Source: Candidatus Krumholzibacteriota bacterium
GTDB taxonomy: Bacteria > Krumholzibacteriota > Krumholzibacteriia > JAJRXK01
Direction of reading: 5' to 3'
Length of the DNA: 64,000 nt
NCBI GenBank assembly: GCA_963806035.1
Contig: CAWDWO010000026.1
Span: forward strand, 1 to 64,000
The position numbers and the translations under genes were made by a program. Positions 28,669-37,089 of this stretch are shown here, piece by piece (position 1 is the stretch's first letter; each line of letters begins with the position of its first letter). The notes under the pieces were generated by a model, which was given only the letters and a program-made list of their open reading frames with translations, did not search any database and was not told where the DNA came from.

Positions 28669-30560
28669 TGATCTCGATCCCGCACTTCCTGGCGTTGATC
28701 GCCGCCTGTGCCCTTCTCACCCATCTTCTGATGCCCCTGGTTCGACGTCTGGGAAAGAGCCTGGGCTTGGTCGATCATCCGTCCTGGCGCCGCTCCCAGA
28801 GGGAAGCGGTGCCCTGTAGCGGAGGACTGGCAATCTACGCGTCAGTCGTGCTCACTGCCCTGGCGCTCGCGCTCCTGGTCGACCTGCCATTTTCACCCCA
28901 TTCCTTCGCCGCCCTGGGGATGGCGGGTCTGGGAACCCTGGTCCTGGGGGTCCTGGACGATCGGGTGGGGCTCCATGCGGAGAAGAAGCTCTTGGGGCAG
29001 GTCGCGGTCGTGATGCTCCCCATGGCTTCCGGATTGACCCTGCACCAGATCACCCTTCCCGGGCTGGGAAGCGTGGAACTGGGCCTTCTGGGCGGACCCA
29101 TCACCCTCTTCTGGTACCTCGGCTTCATCAACAGCATGAATCTCATCGACGGTCTGGACGGGCTCGCGAGCGGAATCGGAGTCATCGTGCTGGCCGGGAT
29201 GAGCATGGCGCTCTTCCCCGGAGATCCGGTGGGGATGCTCTTCGTGGGCGCGCTCTTGGGTGGAGTGCTGGGGTTCTTGCGCTCCAATCTCTCGCGCTCG
29301 CGCATCTTCCTCGGTGACGCGGGTTCGATGCTCCTGGGGCTGTGGCTGGCTGGACTCAGCATCGGGCTGAGCAAGACGACCCCGACCCTGCCCTTGACCG
29401 CGGTGATCGCGATGGCAGTGCCCATCCTGGACACCGCGACCACGATCTTCCGTCGACGCCGGCGCGGAGTGAGTATCTTCCGGGCCGACGATGAACACCT
29501 CCACCACCGCTTGCTGCGCTTGGGAATGAGCCCACGCCGCGCTACCAGCGCGCTGTGGTTCGCGTCGGTGGCCTTCGCCTCCTTGGCCATCGTGGTCGAC
29601 GGACGGGCGAACGCTTCGATTCTGGCTCTGGCGGCTTTGGCGGCGATGGCGGTGCAAGTGGCGTATACTCTACCGCGCACCGGACGGCCCACGGCCAAAG
29701 AGGCGATCGGCTATCTGCTGGGCGCGCGCGAGTATCTGGTCTCGGAGATCAGCCGCCGGCAACTGGCCGAGATCATCGAGATGCCGCGCTACGCGCAACA
29801 GGTCTGGCCGCGTCCGGCCGAGGCGAAAAGCGAAAAGCTGGCCTCCGCCGAACTGCTGGCGGCGGAAGCGAAAGAGGGGGAGGGTCACGCGACGATGTCG
29901 TTCTGGCCCTTGGCGAGGAGAATCACTGAGGAGTTGCAGCTCGCGCAAGCGCGCGGGCCGTTGCTCGAGATCGGCGCGGGAGACGGGAGCTTCAGCACGC
30001 GCCTCTCTTCGCTTGGCCTCACTCTTCATCTCTTGGACCGCGCCTACCCGCCCTCTCCGGCGGGTTTTTCCGCTCTGGCCGGCGACGCGACCGCGCTTCC
30101 CTTCACAGACAAATCCCTGCAGGCGGTGGTGATGGCAAACCTTCTGCGCCAGCTGCGCGTGCGCGAGGCCAAGAAAGCGCTCCGGGAGCTGTGCCGCTGC
30201 CTGGTCGATGGGGGACAGGTTCTCGTGCTGGAGGACCATCCCAAAGGCCGCAGCAAGGCGGAGAAGAACTACCGCTGGGCCTTGAGCCTCTTGGCCCAGG
30301 CGCAGCTCGATCGCGCCGCGGCCACGGTCACGCCCGAGCAGATTCGTTCGCTCTTTCAGGCCAGCTTCGGACTACCGCGATTCGAGGCGATCGCGGAGAA
30401 TGAAGAGGAAGTGCGCGCGCCGCGCGCGCCCCTGGAGTGGCTCTTTCGCTCGGGTCATTCGCCGCGCGAGGTGGAAGCCCTGGCGCGCTCGGTACAGGAA
30501 CACGGAATGCGGTACGGACGCTACTTCTGCCAGATCTATCGACTAGCAAGTGTGGGATGA
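28668..30560 (+). CDS. WecA/TagO-type undecaprenyl-phosphate GlcNAc-1-P transferase, in frame with a C-terminal class I SAM methyltransferase (own ATG at 29895)
   Basis: LDD, NLIDGLDGLA, FLGDAGS, HLHHRLL; then LLEIGAGDG, GDATALPF; TGATG overlap at the start. Confidence 0.82.
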   Translation: MISIPHFLALIAACALLTHLLMPLVRRLGKSLGLVDHPSWRRSQREAVPCSGGLAIYASVVLTALALALLVDLPFSPHSFAALGMAGLGTLVLGVLDDRVGLHAEKKLLGQVAVVMLPMASGLTLHQITLPGLGSVELGLLGGPITLFWYLGFINSMNLIDGLDGLASGIGVIVLAGMSMALFPGDPVGMLFVGALLGGVLGFLRSNLSRSRIFLGDAGSMLLGLWLAGLSIGLSKTTPTLPLTAVIAMAVPILDTATTIFRRRRRGVSIFRADDEHLHHRLLRLGMSPRRATSALWFASVAFASLAIVVDGRANASILALAALAAMAVQVAYTLPRTGRPTAKEAIGYLLGAREYLVSEISRRQLAEIIEMPRYAQQVWPRPAEAKSEKLASAELLAAEAKEGEGHATMSFWPLARRITEELQLAQARGPLLEIGAGDGSFSTRLSSLGLTLHLLDRAYPPSPAGFSALAGDATALPFTDKSLQAVVMANLLRQLRVREAKKALRELCRCLVDGGQVLVLEDHPKGRSKAEKNYRWALSLLAQAQLDRAAATVTPEQIRSLFQASFGLPRFEAIAENEEEVRAPRAPLEWLFRSGHSPREVEALARSVQEHGMRYGRYFCQIYRLASVG

Positions 30561-30561
30561 G

Positions 30562-31851
30562 ATGAAGCGAAGCGCGCTCCTGTTGATCGTCATCTACCTG
30601 GCATTCGCCGCGGCGCATTTTGCCGCGCCCGCTCCCTCGGCGATCGACTTCGGACGCTGGCGCATCGTGGCCATCGAGAGCGACGACTGGGGAATGGAAG
30701 CGTGGGTGCCCGATCTGCAAGCCGCGCATGCGCTCGCGGACCAGGGTTCACGGCTCGGCCCGAAGCTCGGACTCTACGCCTCTTCCTCTCTGGAGACGGC
30801 GGCGGACGTCGACTCGCTGGCCGCCCTTCTCGCACAGTTTCGCGACAGCGACGGATTGCCGGCGGTCCTGCAGGCGAACACCATCATGGCCGCCATCGAT
30901 CTGGATTCGTGCGGCAACGATGACTTCCGGTTGGAAGGCAATTCCGTGCTCTTGCGCGCCCCGGGCAGCTGCGGCGCGTACTACCGTCAGGGCTTGAACG
31001 AGGCGGTGGATTCAGCGCGCAGCCAGGGCGTGTGGAGGGCCGAGCTGCACGGACTCACGCACTTCGATCTCGGCGCGTACGAACAAGCGGTGGCCGAGGC
31101 CTCGAGCTTGACGGTGCGCGCGCGGTCGGTCGGTGCAGTGGCGTTCCCGCATTGGCTGACGCGGACCGAGTTGGGCAGCGGCAATCTGCAGCAGGCTCGC
31201 TCCTTCGCCAAGCTCTCCTGCCGTCTCTTTGAGGAACGCTTCGGCCGAGAACCGCTGAGCGTGATTGCTCCCGATTACACCTGGGGAAAAGAGGACGAAG
31301 AGGCGTGGGCGGAGCAGGGACTGCAGGTGGTGCAGGCCAAGCGGGAACAGATCGATCCCGCCCTGATACGGGGGGGCGGAAACACCTTCCTGCGGAGATT
31401 TCGCAAGGTCCTCGAACGCTTCGCCGACCAGCGCAGGGGCCGCTTCGTGTACTTGGAGCGCAACGTCCGTCTCGAGCCCTACGGCGACTTCGACGCGAAT
31501 TGCCTGGCGGGATCCTCTCAGGCTCTAGGGCAGACCCTGGGGGCATGGAAGAGGGGGGAACCCGCCATCGTCGAGGCCCATCGGCTCCAGTTCTCCCATC
31601 TCGATCCCCAAGTCTCGCGCGCGGGGCGGTTGCAACTGCGGCGTTTCCTCGACACTCTTGAATCTCGCGGCCAAGTCCGTTATTGTGTCGATGTCGAGAT
31701 CGCGCAACTACGACGCCAAGGTTGGTCGATCGTCAAGCGTGGACCCTGGACCATCGTTCGCAACTATACGGAACGACCACTCCTTCTCGACTTCCCCCTC
31801 GCCCGGAGCCAGCCGCTCGCTCCGGGGACCCACATCTTCACCGGCGGCTGA
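30562..31851 (+). CDS. Exported polysaccharide deacetylase-like protein
   Basis: Signal peptide MKRSALLLIVIYLAFAAA; IESDDWG and ELHGLTH motifs reminiscent of NodB-fold (de)acetylases found in EPS loci. Confidence 0.55.
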   Translation: MKRSALLLIVIYLAFAAAHFAAPAPSAIDFGRWRIVAIESDDWGMEAWVPDLQAAHALADQGSRLGPKLGLYASSSLETAADVDSLAALLAQFRDSDGLPAVLQANTIMAAIDLDSCGNDDFRLEGNSVLLRAPGSCGAYYRQGLNEAVDSARSQGVWRAELHGLTHFDLGAYEQAVAEASSLTVRARSVGAVAFPHWLTRTELGSGNLQQARSFAKLSCRLFEERFGREPLSVIAPDYTWGKEDEEAWAEQGLQVVQAKREQIDPALIRGGGNTFLRRFRKVLERFADQRRGRFVYLERNVRLEPYGDFDANCLAGSSQALGQTLGAWKRGEPAIVEAHRLQFSHLDPQVSRAGRLQLRRFLDTLESRGQVRYCVDVEIAQLRRQGWSIVKRGPWTIVRNYTERPLLLDFPLARSQPLAPGTHIFTGG

Positions 31852-31920
31852 GCGAGGGCATCCGAGCGATCCACAGCTATTGCTAATCGTTGTTTCATAA
31901 CAGCTTAGCATCGTAGCCCC

Positions 31921-31950
31921 TTGACCCGCCGCGCGGGCTTAGGGTAGAAT
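31921..31950 (+). promoter_or_regulatory. Candidate sigma70 promoter for the gingipain-like genes
   Basis: TTGACC-N18-TAGAAT. Confidence 0.5.
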
Positions 31951-32186
31951 CTGACCACGATCTCGTTGGGTTCGCAACTCGTGAAGAAGACTCTGGCTCC
32001 TCCTCGTCATCTCCCCTTCAGTCGGTTCTCCGACTCGAGTTCGCACATGCTGTGGACTCAGGGGGAGAGTTTCGCTCCTTCGCGCAGTACCGGACCTCCG
32101 AGCCGGGCTCATACGTTCTGTTCCATGCGACTCTTGCCTCTTCGCTCTCGCCTCAACGCGAAGAGCTGCATCCCAGGAGGGAGAAC

Positions 32187-35100
32187 ATGAACCCAGTCCA
32201 CCGGGTTTCATTCGGCCTTTCCGCTTTCCTCGTCGTCCTCTGCTGTATCGGCGCATTCAACGATGCGCTGGCGGCTACCATCGATCTCCCCGTTCGCTTC
32301 GACGCCGCGCAACTGAAGCTCGTCGAATCGCCCGAGGGCGTGATCTACTCTCTTCCCGGAACGCAGAACCTGAGAGCAACCGGCGCTCCCGCCTTGCCCT
32401 ATGCGAGCTGGAAGGTGGTGCTTCCCCAGGGCAAGACTCTCATGGAGGTCGAGGTCCAGGATGCGCACTGGAAGCGTTTGACCAATCGTGGACAACTGGC
32501 GCGCGCGACGAAGCTCATGAGCGATCAGGGCAACTCGGTCAGCGTGAGCATGGGCGGTCTTCGCGAGGATTTCCAGGACGGCGGTACTTTTCCCTCGGCT
32601 GCGGCGCGGGGTCAGGGCTTTGCCGTCATGGAAGGCTACCGCGTGGCCACCGTCGACGTGTTCCCGATGCGCGTGCTCGAAGATGGAACGGTCGAGATTC
32701 TCAAGCGGGGACAACTTCATCTGGTGTTGGCCGATCAGGCCATGGATGAAGTTGCGGAGCGAGAGGTGGCCTGGCCCGGTGTGGCCGAGCGCGCAGCGCA
32801 ACGCGTGCGCAAGCTCGTGGTCAATCCGGAGCAAGTCGATTTCTGCGCGCCCCCGGCCGGGATTGCTCCCGAACTTCTGAAATCTTTCTCGAACAAAGCT
32901 CCCTCACCGCTCGATCAGGACGAAGTCTTCGCAGGTGGACGCGTGGACTACGTCATCATCACCATTCCCTCTCTGGTCTCCGAGTTTCAGAGATTGGCGG
33001 ATGATCACATCGCGCACGGGCTACGCGCGAAAGTCGTCACCACCGACTGGATCCTGGACAACTATCGGCATGGGGTGGATCTGCAGGAGACGATTCGTTA
33101 CTTCCTGAAGGAAGCCTACGCGAAGTGGGGCCTGCACTACGTGCTCCTGGGTGGCGACGCGGCCATTTTGCCGCCGCGTTACGTGCGCAGCACCTTCTAT
33201 CCTCCCGGAGGCCACACCGACATTCCCGCCGACCTGTACTTTGGTGCGCTCGACGGAAACTGGAACGCCAACGGCAACGGCATATTCGGGGAAGCCTACC
33301 AGTCCTTCCTCGATCCCGGGGACTATCAGGACATGGTCGCCGAAGTGGTGGTGGGGCGCGCGCCGGTGAACGACGTGGCGGAGGCCACGACCTTCGTGGA
33401 CAAGTGTCTGGAGTACCAGACGCCGAGCAGCAGTTCCTATCTGGGGAAAGCTCTGTTCTTGAGTGAGGTGCTCTTTCCCTCGGATTGGGATGGGGTTTCC
33501 GCCATCAACCTCGATGGAGCGACCTACAGCGAAAACATCATTTTCAATTCGCTGATCACCCCGGGCAACCTCATCGACAGCGAGCGGCTGTACGAGAACT
33601 ACACCGCCTATCCCTACACCCTGCAAGAGACCCAACAGGCCGCGCTCGATTCCATGTCGACCGGACACTTCGGTCTGGTGAATCACGTGGGCCACGGCTT
33701 CTACTACAACATGAGCGTGGGGGACAAGAACATCTTCGCCGGTGACGCTCTGAGCCTCACCAACGCGCCCAACTATTTCGTGATCAACGCTCTGAACTGT
33801 TCTTCGGGAGCCTTCGACTTCGACTGTCTCCTGGAGACCTACATTCAGCATCCGGGTGGAGGAAGTGTGGCGAGCTTGGGCGCCTCGCGCGAGGCTTTCC
33901 CCTCCACCGCGAACGATTACCAACAGGAATTCTTCCGACAGATCTTCGTGTTGGGGAACACGCGCCTGGGCGACGCGATGAATGCGGCCCGCGACAAGTA
34001 CACTCCCAGCTCGCTCAACTCCGAGGAGTTCAAACGCTGGACGCACTTCTGCTACACCCTGCTGGGCGATCCCGCCCTGCGGATGTGGCGCAAGGCGCCG
34101 GTCACTCCCGTGGTGACCAAGCCAGCTTCGGTTCCTCTGGGCACCAGCCAGATCACGGTGGGCGTGACCAGTTCGGGTCTCGCGGTGCCGGCGGCGCGCG
34201 TGACCATGCACAAGCCGGGCGAAGCCTGGGCCACCGGCGTGACCGATACCCTCACCGGCCAAGTTACTCTCGATCTGCAGGCGCTGAGCCAGGGCACCAT
34301 CGACGTGGTGGTGGATGGAGCCAGCCTCCAGCCGCAATTTTCGACGATCACGGTGGGGCCCGCGGCGCAGGCCAACATCGTGGGCAGTCCGTTGAGCGTG
34401 GATGACGGGATCGGAGGAAACGGCCTGGCCGATTCCGGCGAGTCCGTGGACTGGTACTTCCACTTCGAGAACAACGGGGACGGCAGTTTGGCCAGCGGAG
34501 TGAGCGCCGTGCTCAGGCCGGTGGACGCCACCGGCGCGACCGTCACCGACTCGACGATCACGGTGGGGGACCTCGCCGGCGGCGCGAACGCCGATCCCAA
34601 TGATCCGGTGAGCATCGATTTGAGCCCCTCCATCGCGGACGGAACGACCCTGAGTTTCGACCTGGTGAGCAGCTCGGGCGGGGACGAATGGACGCAGCGA
34701 GTTTACCTGAAGGTGATCGCTCCGGAGCCGGAGGTGGTGCGGGTCTTCACCGACGACTCGGTGACCGGAAACGGGGACGGGATCCAGCAACCCGGCGAGA
34801 TCGTGGAGATGCACGTGGAGGTGAAGAACTACGGCGCCGGAGTGCTCGAAGGAGCCAACGGGATGCTGAACAGTTCTTCCCCCAACGTCAGCATCACTCA
34901 AGCCAACGCGAGCTGGGCCGATCTCGGCGTGAAGGCCAGCGGCTTCGGCAGCGGCTACTTCCAGGTGGCCGAGAGCGACACGAGCGTGGAGAACTGGATG
35001 CTCTTCATCCTGACCGATGCCAAGGGGCATTCGTGGTCGCGCTGGCTCGAGTTGCGCCAACCGGACGCGCCCACCGGGGTGGTGCCGTTCACCAATTTGG

Positions 35101-37007
35101 GGCCCACGACCATCGCCCTGCAGTGGCAGCGTTCCACTTCGAATCACTTGAAGGGATATCGCGTCTACCGTTCGAACTTCCAGGGCGGGCCCTTCACGGA
35201 AATCACCCAGGATGTGGTCCTGCGTTCAGGATTCTTCCGCGACGACAATCTCGCGACTCTTACCCGCTATTACTACGAGGTCGCTTCCGTCGACTCCTCG
35301 GGAGTCGAGGGGCCGGTGACTTCGGTGGTCTCGGCCAGCACGGCGCCGCCGGAGATCGGCAACGCTTTCCCGCTGCCCACCAACTCCACGGTGGAAGGCG
35401 CACTGGCGGTGGGTGATCTGCGGGCCGACGGGACGCTCTTCGCGGTTCTCGGAGGCAATCTGGTCTACGCGGTGGACTCCGACGCCAACGAGCTCCTGGA
35501 TGGAGACGGCAACGCACAGACCCTGGGGCCGGTGAACGGGTTCAACGGAGACTACACCTTCGCGGGGATCACGCTGGCCGACATCGATGGCAATCCCGGG
35601 CCGGAGATCCTGGCCGGGGACTGGGTCGGGCACAAGGCCTACGTGCTGGACAACAATGGAGATCCCATGCCCGGGTGGCCGCAGGACATGGGTCAGCAGA
35701 ACTGGGCCTCGTTCTCGGTGGGCGACCTGGATGGAGACGGTACCCCGGAGATCGTGACTAACAACGTCGGGGGCAAGACTTTCGCCTGGCATACCGATGG
35801 CACCGAAGTCTTGGACGGAGACTCCAATCCTTCGACCAACGGTGTCTTCCAGCTGCGCAGCGGCGAAATCTACAACCGCTCGACCATCAGTCTCTACGAC
35901 CTCGACAACGACGGTGGCCGCGAGATGATCTTCGGCACCAACTGGCGCAACGGGACCGACAACATGGTCTACGCGCTCAAGTCCGACGGAAGCGAAGCTC
36001 CGGGCTGGCCCAAGAACCTGGGACCCAGCGGTTACAACTCCTCCACCGTCACCATCGCCGATCTGGATCGCGACGGAACGGTGGAGCTCATCTTCCCCTG
36101 CGACAACGACTCGCTGTACATCTGGGAACCTGACGGAAGCAACTACATGGACTTCCCTCACTATCTCGGCTGCAACAGCGGCGATCTGGACGGTAAGACG
36201 CCTTCGATCGCGGTGGGCAATCTCGACGCCGATCCCCAGCTGGAGATGGTGGCGGTGCAGGTGTTCTCACGCACCAACGTCAACATCTTCGTGTACGAGC
36301 ACGATGGTAGCGTCAAGAGCGGTTGGCCGCAGAGCGTTGACGCCTTCTCGCGTTCCTCGCCCATCATCGGCGATCTGGACGGCGACGGGATTCCCGACAT
36401 CGTCTTTGCCTCCGGTGGAGAGGACATTCCGGACAATCTCTACGCCTTCAAGGCCGACGGAACGACAATGGCCGGCTTCCCCATTTCGCTCTCGGGAAGC
36501 CCGTGGGGGACCCCGGTCATTTGCGATTTCGATGGCGACGGCGACGTCGATCTCCTGCTGGCGGGTTACGACAACCTGCTCCACGTGTGGGATCTGCCCG
36601 GGGCCTACGATCGCAGTCTCGTACCCTGGCCCACATTCCAGGGCAACTACCGGCGCACGGGAGTGTACGAGGATTCTCCCGCGACCGCGGTCGAACCGAA
36701 TGGAGCGAGTATTCCCGCCTCGCGACTCGCGCTCTACCCGAACGTACCGAATCCGTTCAACCCCTCCACCGTCATCCGCTTCGACGTGCCTTCGGCGCTG
36801 AACAACGCCTTGGCCAGGGTGACCATCTACGATCTCGCGGGCCGGAAGGTGAGAACACTTCTCGCTCAGCCGCTGGCCGCGGGTCACCACGAAGTGCGCT
36901 GGGATGGTAGGGATACCAGCGGAAAAAGCGTGGCTTCGGGAGTCTACTTCACCCGTCTGGAAGTGGGCTCGGAGGTCCGCGGATTGAAAATGACCTTGGC
37001 AAAATAG
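32187..37007 (+). CDS. Secreted C25 (gingipain-like) cysteine peptidase: propeptide, C25, Ig/FN3, FG-GAP/VCBS repeats, FlgD-Ig C-terminal domain
   Basis: AGGAGG SD; signal peptide; YVLLGGD, VGRAPV, catalytic NHVGHG and ALNC, LLGDP; DLDGDG repeats; PNPFNPST...WDGRD..G..VASGVYF. Confidence 0.9.
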   Translation: MNPVHRVSFGLSAFLVVLCCIGAFNDALAATIDLPVRFDAAQLKLVESPEGVIYSLPGTQNLRATGAPALPYASWKVVLPQGKTLMEVEVQDAHWKRLTNRGQLARATKLMSDQGNSVSVSMGGLREDFQDGGTFPSAAARGQGFAVMEGYRVATVDVFPMRVLEDGTVEILKRGQLHLVLADQAMDEVAEREVAWPGVAERAAQRVRKLVVNPEQVDFCAPPAGIAPELLKSFSNKAPSPLDQDEVFAGGRVDYVIITIPSLVSEFQRLADDHIAHGLRAKVVTTDWILDNYRHGVDLQETIRYFLKEAYAKWGLHYVLLGGDAAILPPRYVRSTFYPPGGHTDIPADLYFGALDGNWNANGNGIFGEAYQSFLDPGDYQDMVAEVVVGRAPVNDVAEATTFVDKCLEYQTPSSSSYLGKALFLSEVLFPSDWDGVSAINLDGATYSENIIFNSLITPGNLIDSERLYENYTAYPYTLQETQQAALDSMSTGHFGLVNHVGHGFYYNMSVGDKNIFAGDALSLTNAPNYFVINALNCSSGAFDFDCLLETYIQHPGGGSVASLGASREAFPSTANDYQQEFFRQIFVLGNTRLGDAMNAARDKYTPSSLNSEEFKRWTHFCYTLLGDPALRMWRKAPVTPVVTKPASVPLGTSQITVGVTSSGLAVPAARVTMHKPGEAWATGVTDTLTGQVTLDLQALSQGTIDVVVDGASLQPQFSTITVGPAAQANIVGSPLSVDDGIGGNGLADSGESVDWYFHFENNGDGSLASGVSAVLRPVDATGATVTDSTITVGDLAGGANADPNDPVSIDLSPSIADGTTLSFDLVSSSGGDEWTQRVYLKVIAPEPEVVRVFTDDSVTGNGDGIQQPGEIVEMHVEVKNYGAGVLEGANGMLNSSSPNVSITQANASWADLGVKASGFGSGYFQVAESDTSVENWMLFILTDAKGHSWSRWLELRQPDAPTGVVPFTNLGPTTIALQWQRSTSNHLKGYRVYRSNFQGGPFTEITQDVVLRSGFFRDDNLATLTRYYYEVASVDSSGVEGPVTSVVSASTAPPEIGNAFPLPTNSTVEGALAVGDLRADGTLFAVLGGNLVYAVDSDANELLDGDGNAQTLGPVNGFNGDYTFAGITLADIDGNPGPEILAGDWVGHKAYVLDNNGDPMPGWPQDMGQQNWASFSVGDLDGDGTPEIVTNNVGGKTFAWHTDGTEVLDGDSNPSTNGVFQLRSGEIYNRSTISLYDLDNDGGREMIFGTNWRNGTDNMVYALKSDGSEAPGWPKNLGPSGYNSSTVTIADLDRDGTVELIFPCDNDSLYIWEPDGSNYMDFPHYLGCNSGDLDGKTPSIAVGNLDADPQLEMVAVQVFSRTNVNIFVYEHDGSVKSGWPQSVDAFSRSSPIIGDLDGDGIPDIVFASGGEDIPDNLYAFKADGTTMAGFPISLSGSPWGTPVICDFDGDGDVDLLLAGYDNLLHVWDLPGAYDRSLVPWPTFQGNYRRTGVYEDSPATAVEPNGASIPASRLALYPNVPNPFNPSTVIRFDVPSALNNALARVTIYDLAGRKVRTLLAQPLAAGHHEVRWDGRDTSGKSVASGVYFTRLEVGSEVRGLKMTLAK

Positions 37008-37036
37008 CCAAGTTGCGCGAATCGTGGGGGGATGCG

Positions 37037-37069
37037 GGGGCCCATTCCGCTTGCAGCGGGATGGGCCTC
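37037..37069. other. Strong GC stem-loop between the two peptidase genes (no U-tract)
   Basis: GGGGCCCATTCCGC-TTGCA-GCGGGATGGGCCTC. Confidence 0.5.
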
Positions 37070-37089
37070 ACCCACATTCGAGGTCCTGC

